Below, piece after piece: positions 45,276 through 64,000 of a stretch of 64,000 nucleotides of DNA. The notes under the pieces are model-generated. The model saw only the letters and a program-made list of their open reading frames with translations. It was not told the origin of the DNA and ran no database searches. Both the position numbers and the translations under genes were made by a program. Origin of the DNA: the human T2T-CHM13v2.0 reference genome, Homo sapiens; assembly GCF_009914755.1 (NCBI RefSeq), contig NC_060943.1. One strand, 5' to 3'. Each line of letters opens with the position of its first letter. The first letter of the stretch is position 1.

Positions 45276-47275
45276 AAGCAACCACAGCATCTACCACACT
45301 GTAATGCTGTGGCCGCATTTGTTCCCCTTCTTCCAAGTGCATATTGGCATGGATAGTATCTAGTGAGTGCTTCGCAGGTTGACAGGCCTCAATGTGTGTT
45401 TGAAGAAAGCCAGAGATTAGCCACGATGGTCAGCCACACAAGGCCCAAAGCCTGAGGCAGAGGCTAGCACATGATGTCCGCAGACCAGCCAGTGTGTCTT
45501 TAGAGAGCAGTGGCGCGGAGAGTAAACTATGGCCGCTGAAGTGGACAGGGAGCCAAAAGGATCTGGATGTGAGGCAGCATCCCAAAGTGCAGTCTCCTGA
45601 CCGTCCAGCCACACTGAGATTCTGAAGCACCACTCCGTCCAGCGGCAGAGCTTTAAGTTGGAAAATCCAGGGGCATAAAGGGAGACAAATCAACTTACTC
45701 TAAATCCTCTGAAAATTCCCTTAACAAAGGAGTTGTGTTGACAGAGACTTCTCTAATCTGAAGAGCAACTGTTTCTCCCTGGTTCTCTAGGCATATAACC
45801 CTTTCTGCCCACCTCTCATGGAGAGTAGGCTCTGACGGCAGAAGCCCCCCCCACCAACAGCCACCACATGAAACAAACAGATACTTCAAAGCCAGAAGAT
45901 CTTTGTTCAGATCCTGCCCCTGGGCAGGCACCTCAGCCCCAGGTCCATCTTCTAGGTGGATTTCGTAACATCTACCTTGTATCTGTGAGGAGTAAACAAA
46001 AGATACATAAAAGCAGCCAGCATAGCTTCTAACAGATAGACGTTTAAAAGTTCCTTCCCCTTTGACACACAAAGTCACAGGATGTGATACAGCAGTAGCC
46101 CTCAGTTACATTAGCCCTCAGCTACATTCTTAACAAAAGACACAACATAGCATGGCAGCCAGGCCTGGCATGGTCTCCAGTTGTGCCCTCCCGTTGACCA
46201 GGCTGCACAGACTGCAGAGCCTTCCAAGCTGCTCCTTCTGCAGTCCTAAATCTACTTGAGAGCCGCTGCTAAGAAAACATCAGATGGACTATACTGCTGC
46301 TCCCTACCTTCCTGAATAAACAACGTACACACGATACAGAGAAGCACTGAGCCACTGCCACCGAACCCCCCCAAACCCTGGCTTCACAGAGTTTTAAAAT
46401 CGCCTTGGGGTACTGCGGTTGCTTTTCAAGTCTTTTACCCATCAAAGCCTGACGCACTTCCACACATTCCTTTGTAGTGTTTACTGGACAAGTGCAAAGA
46501 ACTAAGATACGCTCTGTATTTACAGAGCTAATGGGCCTCTTTCACAGCAAGTTGACATCTCATCTGCTTTTGGACATGCCTTTGCTCAGGGATCAGGTTT
46601 AGTGGGAGATGCCCCACCTGCTGGCAAATGGAATACAGCTGTGGACTCTAACCAGGCGTCCTCACTTCCTCTGTATGAAGCCAGCCTTCGTCACAGCAGA
46701 TGATGTAAGAGGCAGAAACCAGCTGGAAAATTGCAGGTGAAATGGTAATGGCAGCATATAAGGACCATGCCCAGGAAACCCAAGGGACCAGGTGCAGCAC
46801 GGTGAAAGAGTGCTGCCTACATGTGTGCCCATCCACAACCTCAAGCATTTCTGCAATCCTGCCTGCAAGATGAAAGAAAAGGAAGCATTACAGGAGATTC
46901 TATTACAACCAGTGGAATCTGCAGTTGGGAGAGCCACTATGAGGCACAAGATGATGGCCTGCCTCACAAGGGTTACAGCAGCACCCAACAATCCTGAGAA
47001 AAGATCCCTCTGTGCCTGCCTCTGCAGGCCCAATGACTCATAGCCAAATTTGGACTTTATTATAAGCAACAGTTTATTAAGGTGGGCTCTGCAAAAGGCA
47101 CAAACACGGGTGGAGGTCCACAAACAAAAACACTTAGCGTAAGCACTGATGGAATATTTGGCCTGTTTTTGCCTTGAATCTTAGCTAAGTATGTACAGGA
47201 CTGTAGTTAACTCAACGGCTTTCAAGAAAAATGCAAAATGCTTTCTTTGCATTCTTAATATAAAAGCTTGTGGTT

Positions 47276-47539
47276 GGCCGGGCACGGTGGCTCACGCCTG
47301 TAATCCCAGCACTTTGGGAGGCTGAGGCGGGCAGATCACGAGCTCAGGAGATCAAGACCAGCCTGCCCAGTATCTATTAAAAATACAAAAATTAGCCCGG
47401 CACGGTGGCAGGCGCCTGTAGTCCCAGCTATTCAGGAGGCTGAAGCAGAAGAATCACTTGAACCCGGGGGGCAGCGGTTGCAGTGAGCAGAGATTGCATC
47501 ACTGCACTCCAGCCTGGGCAACAGGGCGAGACTCCAACT

Positions 47540-47579
<40 letters not shown>
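47276..47579 (+). mobile_element. Alu (Sc-like, small deletion, ~39-A tail)
   Basis: Consensus; TSD aaaagcttgtggt. Confidence 0.9.
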
Positions 47580-47582
<3 letters not shown>

Positions 47583-48881
47583 TGTGGTCACATCCCTTCT
47601 CTCCTCACCCCACCCTGAAAAAGAGATGAAAGAAATTCTATACAGCTTCCCTAACACTTTGAACTAAGCCAAAATTATAACAATCTACTTCCCACAACCA
47701 GAAAATCAGCTTAACAGAAAGAATGCCCAATCATTCAAATATCAATCCGACTCCGCCTAAGACCCAAAGAAAGAAAACAGGTCTCACACTAAGACATCCC
47801 CAAGCAGCCCAGGATAATTTCCTAGGATTCTGGCATTTGGGTAACTGCTGGCACATCGTGTCACCTTTACAGGTCACACCCCAGGTGTAGCAACAACCCT
47901 CTTCTGCCGGCACAGAGCCCTTCCCCAGTCATGGTGGCACCACAAACACTTGCAGTAAGTGGGCACATGGGGAGCAAACATGCTCAGCTATCATGGCTGC
48001 CCACCGGGGTGGCTAGGTATCCCCCATTTTGTAGAAATAGGCAGTGTCTTCCATCTGGGAAAGAAGAGGGGCTCTTGTCAGTCCTGTCTATTCCTGATCC
48101 ACGTGTCTGTCTTAAGGGAGAAGGCCCCATCACTCTATGAGAAGTGACCATCACATAGAGAATGAACAGAATGACCCCTGCCATTTTAAAAAGAATTCCC
48201 CAAGACTAATGGTTGCTGGAGAGTTCTGTAACTTTCACAGAAACTCACACAATTCCTTTCTCATGATATATGTGCTCATATACCCATCAAAGTCTTTTAC
48301 CCATCAAAGCCTGACACACTTCCACACATTCCGCACACAGATTGCTATGCTATGCCCACAGCAAAGTAATCAACTCAAGAGTCCCTTGGTGGTGGTGGTG
48401 GGTAGGGGGTGAATGAAGAAGACAGGTAAGGCCTGGGACATCCCCGCCATGGCCAAGCCCAGCTAAGAAGCTGGTCGACACAATTTTCGATTTTGTGATC
48501 CCCAGCTTCAAGCATAACTCTCAATATGGACACATGTAGAGACACACACAGAACAGGGACACATTTACAGGGACATGTTTCCATGGTTCCTTCAGTGGCC
48601 CAGCATGAGTGGATTCCTTGGTATGACGTTCTGTTTCCTTTTCCCTAAGGCAAGTCTGCATTAACCAGCTGGCTTCACTCAGGAGAGTGGGGCTCAACAT
48701 TCCAGTGCTATGTGTCCTTACGGCAAGTGGCCACCCACTTCTGCACTTCACCCACCCAGGCCTGTTAAGGTTCACGAGGAAAACACGACTTAATTGCTGC
48801 TCCACAGAACTGCTGTTCTACAGAGAGCGTATGAAGAGCTGCCTCTCCATCTACAAAGAGAATCCCTTGGAGTTTGCACCT

Positions 48882-49503
48882 GGCCAGGCACAGTGATTCA
48901 TGCCTGCAATCCCAGCACTTTGGGAGGCTGAGGTGAGAGGATCACTTGAGCCCAGGAGCTGGAGACCAACTGGACAACATAGTGAAACTCCACCTCTACT
49001 AAAAAATTTTAAAATTAGCTGAGTGTGGTGGTGTGTGCCTGTAGTTCCAGCTACTCTGGTGGCTGAGGAGGGAGGACCGCTTGAACCCGGGAGGCAGAGG
49101 CTGCAGTGAGACGTCACAGCCACTGCAACTGCTGCCTGGGCGACAGAGCAAGACCCTGATCCGATAAATAAATAAAAACAAATAAAAACCTATGTGTCGG
49201 CTGGGTGTGGTGGCTCACCCCTGTAATCCCAGCACTTTAGCAGGCCAATCACTTGAGGTCAGGAGTTCAAGACCAGCCTGGCCAACATGGTGAAACCCTG
49301 TCTCCACTAAAAAAAAAAATACAAAAAGCCAGGTGTGGCGGTGGGTGCCTGTAATCCCAGCTACTTGGGAGGCTGAGGTGGAAGAATCACTTTAATCTGG
49401 GAAGCAGAGGTTGCAGTGAGCAGAGATCGTGCCACTGCACTCCAGCCTGGGTGATAGTGGGAGACTCCATCTTAACAAAAACAAAAACAAAAAATCAAAC
49501 AAA
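48882..49503 (+). mobile_element. Two tandem Alus (J-like 48882-49188; S-like 49199-49503)
   Basis: Two consecutive consensus copies. Confidence 0.9.
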
Positions 49504-49569
49504 ACCATGTGTGGGGTAGGGCAATCACCCGTAAGACAAAATAAAAAGATAAATATATACCAAAAAAAA

Positions 49570-50188
49570 AAAGAAAGAAAATGCACCTGGGAAGATGCTC
49601 CCCGTCACTAGTCATGAAGAAATACAAATCACAGCCACACTGATACCACTGCAAGACTATGTGAATCCACTGCTTCCCACCCCTAAAACCCTGACAATAC
49701 CAAGTGCTAGTGAAGATGAGCAACGACTAAAACTCTCATCCACTGCTGATGAGGGCGAAAAATGATGCAACCCTCCAGAAACATCTGAGAGTTTCCTGTA
49801 AAGCTAAACATGTATTTATTCCAATGACCCAGCCATCTCACTTGCAGGTCTTTAACCAAAAGAAAGAAAAACATGTTCACACAAAGAACTGCATGTGAAT
49901 AGCTTTAGCAGCTTCATTAAGAATCACCAAAAACTAGAAACCATCCACGTGTCCTTCAACTGAGAAATGCAGAAAAAGCTGGGGTCTATCCATATGATGA
50001 AACACTACTCAGCAATGAAAAGAAACAACTGAAACACTCCCACTAAGTAGTCAGATGACTCTAATAAACTATGTTAACGAAAAGAAGCCTGACTCAACCT
50101 CTACCTCCCCTGCACTGTATGATGCCATTTTCCATTTAATATGACATTCTAGAAAAAGCAAAATCATAGACACAGAAAACAGATCAAT
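49570..50188 (+). mobile_element. Old L1M ORF2 end / 3' UTR
   Basis: ctgacaataccaagtgct...aaaacatgttcacacaaagaactg...atatgacattctagaaaaagcaaaatcatagacacagaaaacagatca. Confidence 0.8.
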
Positions 50189-50189
50189 C

Positions 50190-51098
<909 letters not shown>

Positions 51099-51352
51099 GG
51101 GGAATTTTATTGCATATAAACTTAAGAGAATAAACAAACCACATGCAGTACACCACCCTGACCCCCTTTAGACCTGGTACAGAGACCCCCCAGGACTGGG
51201 AGATGCTGCTTTGCAGGGAAGGCAGACAGACCTGCAAGTGCAGCAGGCAAGGACAGCCTGGTCTGAACCACGAGCTTCCATGCTAACCTGGGGGACTCTG
51301 AGTAACAGATGTTCTCAGCCTTGTGTTTCCTGTCTGTAAAACAGAGCAGTTC

Positions 51353-52123
<771 letters not shown>

Positions 52124-53779
52124 TCAAAGTAGGGGAAAGTTAATACATAGCTATTCAAGAGTGTTTATGTACAGACAGTTAATCTTGAGAAATCCAAATT
52201 GTGTGGCTAGAACAAAGCTACTGTTTACAATATTTTTCATACTAATGCTTCCTGGAGGACCTTCCTTGGCCCCATGTTTAAATTTTGATTAAATGTCAAA
52301 CTAGTAAAACTATTTGCCTATGCGGGGATGGGGCGGGGGGAGAAGACGGTTAGGCAACACAGTGCCAAATTCAAAACTCCGTACTAGCTCTGACAGCGAA
52401 CACCTTTAGATTCAGAGGAGAAAAGTAGCCTTAAACAGGACAATTCAGCCTATCTACTGAGATCATCTTATCAAAAGGAGTAACTGTCATTACAATAAAA
52501 TGCAATACAACAATACAATAAAATGCAACAAAGCCACGAAGAAGGAAAAAGGCTGCCCAGCATTCTAGCACCTATTTGCACAATTAGCCCACAGAGTTAC
52601 TTACAAACAATATTCCCCTTATATAGTCTGTGTTCTGTTTTTGATGGGGCACTGAATACAGAACCTATCTGCCAACTTTAACTGTAATGCGATAACCAGA
52701 GCTCACACAACCACTTCTCGACTGTTTCTGTCAGGATGTTTCCAGTTTTTTAAGTATCAACATTACAGGGTTGAGAAGGACCAACAAGCATTTGATGGCT
52801 AATGATGACAAAGTCCTTGATCAAGATGCCAGCAAGAACATTCACCACAACAGACTCCATGCAGAATGCTTGGAGTGATGCCCTCTGAGCCCCAAAGCAC
52901 TTGCTCTCACATTTGACCACCAAGGTAGGATGAAAGAGCTCAGGGTACAAAGAAATATCCACTCATCCGTCACAGTGAAGGATTACCTTCATTATGTCCT
53001 CTCCAGAGGTAAACCCAAAGTCCCTCTGATCGCTAACTTTTTTACACTTACCACATAATCCCAACCCACTCTATTCTTCCGCAAGTCATTCAGAGAAGGC
53101 ATACGGTGGTGACATAAATGCTGACGACTACCAGGTCCCCCGGATCTCCAGCCGTCTGTTTGTTTGCCCACAGGAACACACAGTGTGTGCTGGCAATAAC
53201 TAAACAAGCTTTTCTGCCCAAGGAGGCTGAGCTCACTCAGTGCCTCGAGGCTCCCCACCATAGTTACAAGTGCTGGCCTAACCAAGCTGTGCCTGGAATC
53301 AGCCTTGTCACTGTGCCGGGGGAGTAGGAAACAGTTAAAACACATTTTTATGCTTTCATTTCTATAATAAATGCATCAGATATCACATGAAATCAGCTCT
53401 AGGACTGACTGAGCACCTGCCTGCTATACATTTTCCAGGCCGCCAGTGCCCTGCCAGGGGATGTGCTGAGCAGCCAAACCCAGCCTGGCCATGATGCTTG
53501 TAGTAAGCTGGCAGACAATGTACGAGCAACAACTTTCCCAGTTAAGCGCCAACTTTCCCTGAGTGTCCACATGCTTAGGGAAGAAGGTTGGACTTAAACC
53601 AACAAGCAATTACTGAATGCTTACTGAGACATGGGGCTCAATGTGTCTGTATGCTGTATTCCGACCTCACAAGAACCTCGCACAGGGCAGGGATTAGGGT
53701 CTCAGTTTTGCAGCCAAGGAAGCTGATGCGAGAAGAAATCGGTAATTCATCTAAGGTCACACCTGACTCCTCACCTTAT

Positions 53780-54264
<485 letters not shown>

Positions 54265-54265
54265 T

Positions 54266-55959
<1,694 letters not shown>

Positions 55960-56755
55960 TACATGCAACAAACACAAAACCGGTAAACTCAAAATTCAGG
56001 ATGGGCAAGGAAATGAAGTAGGGAAAGGAACACACACAGGAAGCAGAGGTGACTGAACTGGTCAGGCCAAGTCTCCTCAAGTTGAGTGACACAAATCAGA
56101 ATCACTCAAAATTGAAAGGCTAACCAAAACACTGCACCGTCAATCACCTACAGCACCTTCAGTGAAGTAAGAGCGCTGCAGGGTGGGTAGGAGCAATTCC
56201 CTCTGCTGTGCTTGACCCTCATCAGTAACAAGCAGAGCTAACTCTGACAGGTGGATGGAGTGCTTCTGCTACCCAATCTCACTGACAGGGAAACAGGATC
56301 AAAGATTAAGCAACCTGCTCCAGATCACTGCCAATGTCTCCAAATTCCAGTGGGTGAATGTCCATTTTGAGCTTCAGTACCACTAGTCACAGTGGTACTC
56401 ATCTGTGCACCTGCTTAGGTAGTATATTCCATTTTCAGCAAGTTCTAATTGCCCATATAAAACACATCAGAGGTACAGAGATCTTTAAGCACAAAATGCA
56501 ACACTGAGTCTATCTCATGCCCTTTCCAGGACAAGACAATGCCAAAAAGGAAAAAAGCCTGGGCGCGGAAGTGAGCACCTATAGTCCCAACTACTTGAGA
56601 GGCTGAGGAGGGAAGAGGATGTCCTGAGCCCAGGAGTTCTGGGCTATATTGCATGGTGCCAATCAGGTGGCCGCACTACGTTTGGCATCAGTGTGGTGAC
56701 CTCCAAGGAGTGGGTACTACCAGATTGCCTAAGAAGGGGTGAACCAGCCCAGGTC

Positions 56756-57059
56756 GGCCAGATGTGGTGGCTCACACTTGTAATCCCAGCATTTTGGGAG
56801 GCCCTGGCGGGCGGATCGCTTGAGGCCGGGAGTTCGAGACCAGCCTGGCCAACAAGGCAAAACCCCAACTATATTAAAATACAAACATTAACTGGGCATG
56901 GTGGCGGGCATCTGTAATCTCAGCTACTCAGGAGGCTGTGGCACAAGAACTGCTTGAACCCGGGAAACAGGCTGCAGTGAGCCAAGACTGTGCCACTGCA
57001 CTCCAGCCTGCACAAAAGAGTGAGTGAGACTCCGTCTCAAAAAAAAAAAAAAAAAAAAA
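56756..57059 (+). mobile_element. Alu (S-like) inside the 7SL pseudogene
   Basis: Full-length consensus with A tail. Confidence 0.9.
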
Positions 57060-57070
57060 GTTGCGGGGCC

Positions 57071-57094
57071 GGGGGGGGGGGGGGGGGGGGGGGG
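57071..57094 (+). repeat. G24 homopolymer
   Basis: Direct reading. Confidence 0.95.
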
Positions 57095-57237
57095 TGGGGT
57101 CGCGTAGTGAAGAAAAAAAAGAAAGGGGGCAAGTCAAAACTCCCATACCTATCAGCAGTGGGGTCATGCATGTGACTCACCACTGTACTCCAGCCTGGGC
57201 AACACAGTGGAGACCTCGTCTCTTAAAACGGTAGGTT

Positions 57238-58288
<1,051 letters not shown>

Positions 58289-58344
58289 CCAACAAACTGT
58301 CAATCTCTGGTAGGTTTAAAAGGAATCTTTGCTATCATCTAAAA

Positions 58345-58615
58345 GACAAACAACAATTGTCGGCAAAGATGTGGAGAAACTGGAACCCTCATATGTCCAG
58401 CAATGTAAAATGGGGCAGCCACTGTAAAACAGTCTGGCAGTTCCTCCAAAAGGTTAAAACATAAATAATGAATGTCCCAGAAATTCCTCCCCTACGCATA
58501 TGCCAAGAGAAAGGGAAACATTTCTACATAAAAAGTGTGTGTGGGCACTCACAGAGGTATTATTCATAAGAGCCAAAAACTAGAAACCAAAATATCCATG
58601 AACTGATGAACGGAT
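58345..58615 (+). mobile_element. L1M ORF2 end fragment
   Basis: ggcaaagatgtggagaaactggaaccctc...gtaaaatggggcagccactgtaaaacagtctggcagttcctc. Confidence 0.75.
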
Positions 58616-59145
58616 AGTGTCATTTCTAAGGATACAACCAGATTTTCTGAAATTGGGGGTAGGGGAGGGGAATCAAAGATGTTTCCTTCTCAAGGAGCAA
58701 ACCGGGTAGTGTGGCAATCAATTCTGAGGCTCCATGCTGCCCTTCCAAGGACTGAGGTACTGTACCCAAGAATCACTGTGCCGGAGTGAAGGACAAAGCA
58801 ATCAAGTCATCCAGGCACAAGTCACAGAACACTGAGTGCGGAGAGAGGCAGAGCTTGCCAATCTGGCTTCACCGGGGGCTCCTCTCACCTGTTCTCTGTC
58901 TGCTCAAGAGTTGGTAAGCACCCTCGCACTTAAAACATTCCAAAACCCAAGCTTTTGTGGTTACATTCTGAGGCAATGCACAGAGAAATGTTAATTCTGT
59001 GAGCCTTTTCAAGGTGACATCAAGACAGAAACTACTTGCTGTGGAAATCATTGTACAAAGTGGGTAGGAGTGAGAAGCCCACTGATAGGATGAGTCCCCT
59101 GGGAGCTGATGAAAGGGTGAGATCCAATCCATTTTTAAACAGTCC

Positions 59146-59732
59146 TTTTTTTTTTTTTTTTTTGAAAGAGAGTCTCACTTTGTTGACCAAGCTGAAGTGC
59201 AATGGCGTGATCTCAGCTCACTGCAACCTCCGCCTCCTGGGTGACTGGAACTATAGGAGCATGGCACCATGTCCGGCTGATTTTTGGATTCCCCCCCCCC
59301 CCCCCCCCCCCCCCCCCCGAAGGAGTCTCACTCTGTGGCCCAGGCTGGAGTGCAGTGGCGCGATCTAGGCTCACTGCAAGCTCCGCCTCCCGGGTTCACG
59401 CCATTCTCCTGCCTCAGCTTCCTCAGTAGCTGGGACTACAGGTGCCCACCACCACGCCTGGCTAATTTCTTCTATTTTGAGTCGAGACAGGACTTCACCG
59501 TGTTAGCCAGGAGGTCTCAATCTCCTGACCTCGTGATCCGCCCGCCTCGGCCTCCCAAAGTACTGGGATTACAGGCGTGAGCCACCGCGCCTGGCCAATT
59601 TTTATAGTTTTTATTAGAGACGGGGTTTCACCATACTGGCCAGGCTGGTCTCAAACTCCTGATCTCAGGTGATCCACCTGCCTCGGCCTCCCAAAGTGCT
59701 AGGATTACAGGCATGAGCCACCGTGCCTGGCC
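59146..59732 (-). mobile_element. AluY (59319-59597) nested in the linker of an older AluS
   Basis: AluS right arm 59146-59290, C28 run, AluY, AluS left arm 59598-59732; outer TSD ttaaacagtccttt. Confidence 0.85.
59291..59318 (+). repeat. C28 homopolymer
   Basis: Direct reading. Confidence 0.95.
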
Positions 59733-59947
59733 TTAAACAGTCCTTTAGGCAGTCCTGAAAGACACCTGGCTGCACCACTGTTTGAACCATCTCCCGTACC
59801 TTTGTGCCTACTCTTCACCGATGCCCAATATCCATCCCCAAAATCAGTTTCCGTGTGGAGGCAGGATATGGGGAATTTAAAGCCCCTCAGCAGGCTTCCG
59901 CACCCACGTTCTTAGTTCTAACATGTGTTCAAAAAGTAAGCAAGATG

Positions 59948-61000
<1,053 letters not shown>

Positions 61001-61146
61001 ACACATGCGTGTGCATGTAGGCAAATGGGTTCAGCCGACATTCCTCAATACTAACATGGGAAAATGCCCTCACAGGGCTGGGTCAAATGAAATGCCACAC
61101 AAAGCAAGTGTTCAATAAACACCTACTACTAATAAAAGCAAGCATC

Positions 61147-62620
<1,474 letters not shown>

Positions 62621-64000
62621 GTGTGAATGTAATGATTTAGTAAGAACTGTTTAATGTATTAATATTTATATTTCATAATCTGTAATCATGGAGTAAAAGC
62701 CAAGCAGGCTGCATCACTTGCCCTGCAGTCTCCTAGCACATGAACTAATGGGCAGGCAGGAGGGTGTGCATCATCCACCTTGCTTACCGCTGACCTCCAG
62801 CACCCAGACAATCCCTGGCACTCAGCACAAGTAACTGCTCAATAACCAGAAACATCAAGTGCTTGCCGGAAAAACTCCATGATGAGGGAGAGGGAAGATT
62901 ACACAGACCAAATTTAAGAATCTCTGCCTTAGGAACTCAGGGGCTATCCTGCCTGAACCATCGATAGGGGATATTTTCAAGTCACCTCAACCACTGCTTG
63001 ACTCACTCCAGGTGGACCCACCACTGGCACCTTCTAGTACCACAGCTCAGCCTTGAGTATGTGCTTGAACTTTCGTTCGCACTTCACATTTTCCACACAC
63101 AAATATAATGTGCCAAAATGAGCCAGTCCTGCTCCCAAAACCCTGCTCACAAAATGGAGGACGTGAGGGTGTGGACGCATAGAATGAATGAAATGAAAGA
63201 TGTCAGACAAAGCAAATTCCAAAGAGAAGTGGGAAATTTTCTAGCCTCCAAGAACAGAGGACAAAACTATTAAACATGATACTTATCTAGGTCACTAGAG
63301 TTCACTCTAGGACACATTGTTTTGGAAAGAAAAGCCCTTCACCATTCCCCAGATTAAAGCAAATTCACTAATCTGTGTTCTTACTACACAGGGGCCTGGC
63401 TTTCTCAAGTCTGGGACCCTGCTGGGACTCTTATTTCCGACGTCCTATTGGGAGGAGCCCTCACATCCATCCTCCTGGAGATGCCCAATGCCCCCAAGTC
63501 TGGTCTAGATCCACCCTTGCATTCCAGGCTTGCACATCCAACCGCTTCAATGACAGCATCCATGAGGATGTCGACAAGCTCCACATGGTCAAGGAACTAA
63601 AGTGACCCCATTTTCTCTAAAACCTGTCAAAACAGGGTGACAACAGCCCTACTGAGTGTTCCAAGCCCCCTTCAAAGGCCCACTTACCACAGGGGACAGT
63701 GGCTACCAGGCTGGATAACCCAGCTGCAGAACAGTCCCAACACTGCAGAAAGTCCCCCTGGACAGCACTGCTTTGGAAATTGGGTAATACACTGTAAAAT
63801 AAGTAAGGTCTAGACCAGACCTTGGAAGATGGAGGAAATGGAGTTTGGGGGGATGTCTGGAAGAAGAATCAAATGAACGGAATGAGGCAACAGTGTGTCA
63901 CAGAACCCAGGAGCCCAGGGTGCTACATGACAGGAGTGTAGGTCTTATCCTATATGCAGTGCGGTTTCAGGGTAGCATAATCATGCTGTAGTCATCTATT

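Larger units (their letters stand above)
56557..57228 (+). pseudogene. 7SL (SRP RNA) retro-pseudogene split by an Alu
   Basis: 56557-56755 matches 7SL including the S domain (GCACTACGTTTGGCATCAGTGTGGTGACCTCC...TTGCCTAAGAAGGGGTGAACCAGCCCAGGTC). It resumes at 57121 (GAAAGGGGGCAAGTCAAAACTCCC...ATCAGCAGTGGG...CAGCCTGGGCAACAC...GTCTCTT). Confidence 0.9.

Overview
Human (or near-identical primate) genomic DNA lying within the BRD4 gene, which is on the minus strand. The window holds coding exons 2-11 (aa 1-719: BD1, BD2, NPS, basic region, ET, SEED). All splice sites are GT-AG and phase-consistent, and the coding lengths sum to 2158 nt. It also holds the isoform-B terminal exon (75 unique aa, 794 aa total) and a 188-nt alternative non-coding first exon at 29180-29367. 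The distal CpG-island first exon and the terminal exons of the long and short isoforms are not in the window. The upstream ~42 kb (intron 1) is rich in Alus (~40, mostly on +) and also contains L1, Tigger1, Charlie/MER, MER21 and MADE1 relics plus a split 7SL pseudogene; an L2 relic lies in intron 2. Best new-biology candidates: (i) an upstream-ORF system at the BRD4 start, made of an AUG-UGA-UG start-stop/overlap element in exon 2 and a 69-aa spliced uORF with five in-frame AUGs that overlaps the main AUG; (ii) an in-frame stop immediately after the exon 11 donor with a downstream poly(A) signal; (iii) a hairpin-embedded candidate 13-nt microexon in intron 10. Repeat boundaries and subfamilies were called by eye and are approximate.
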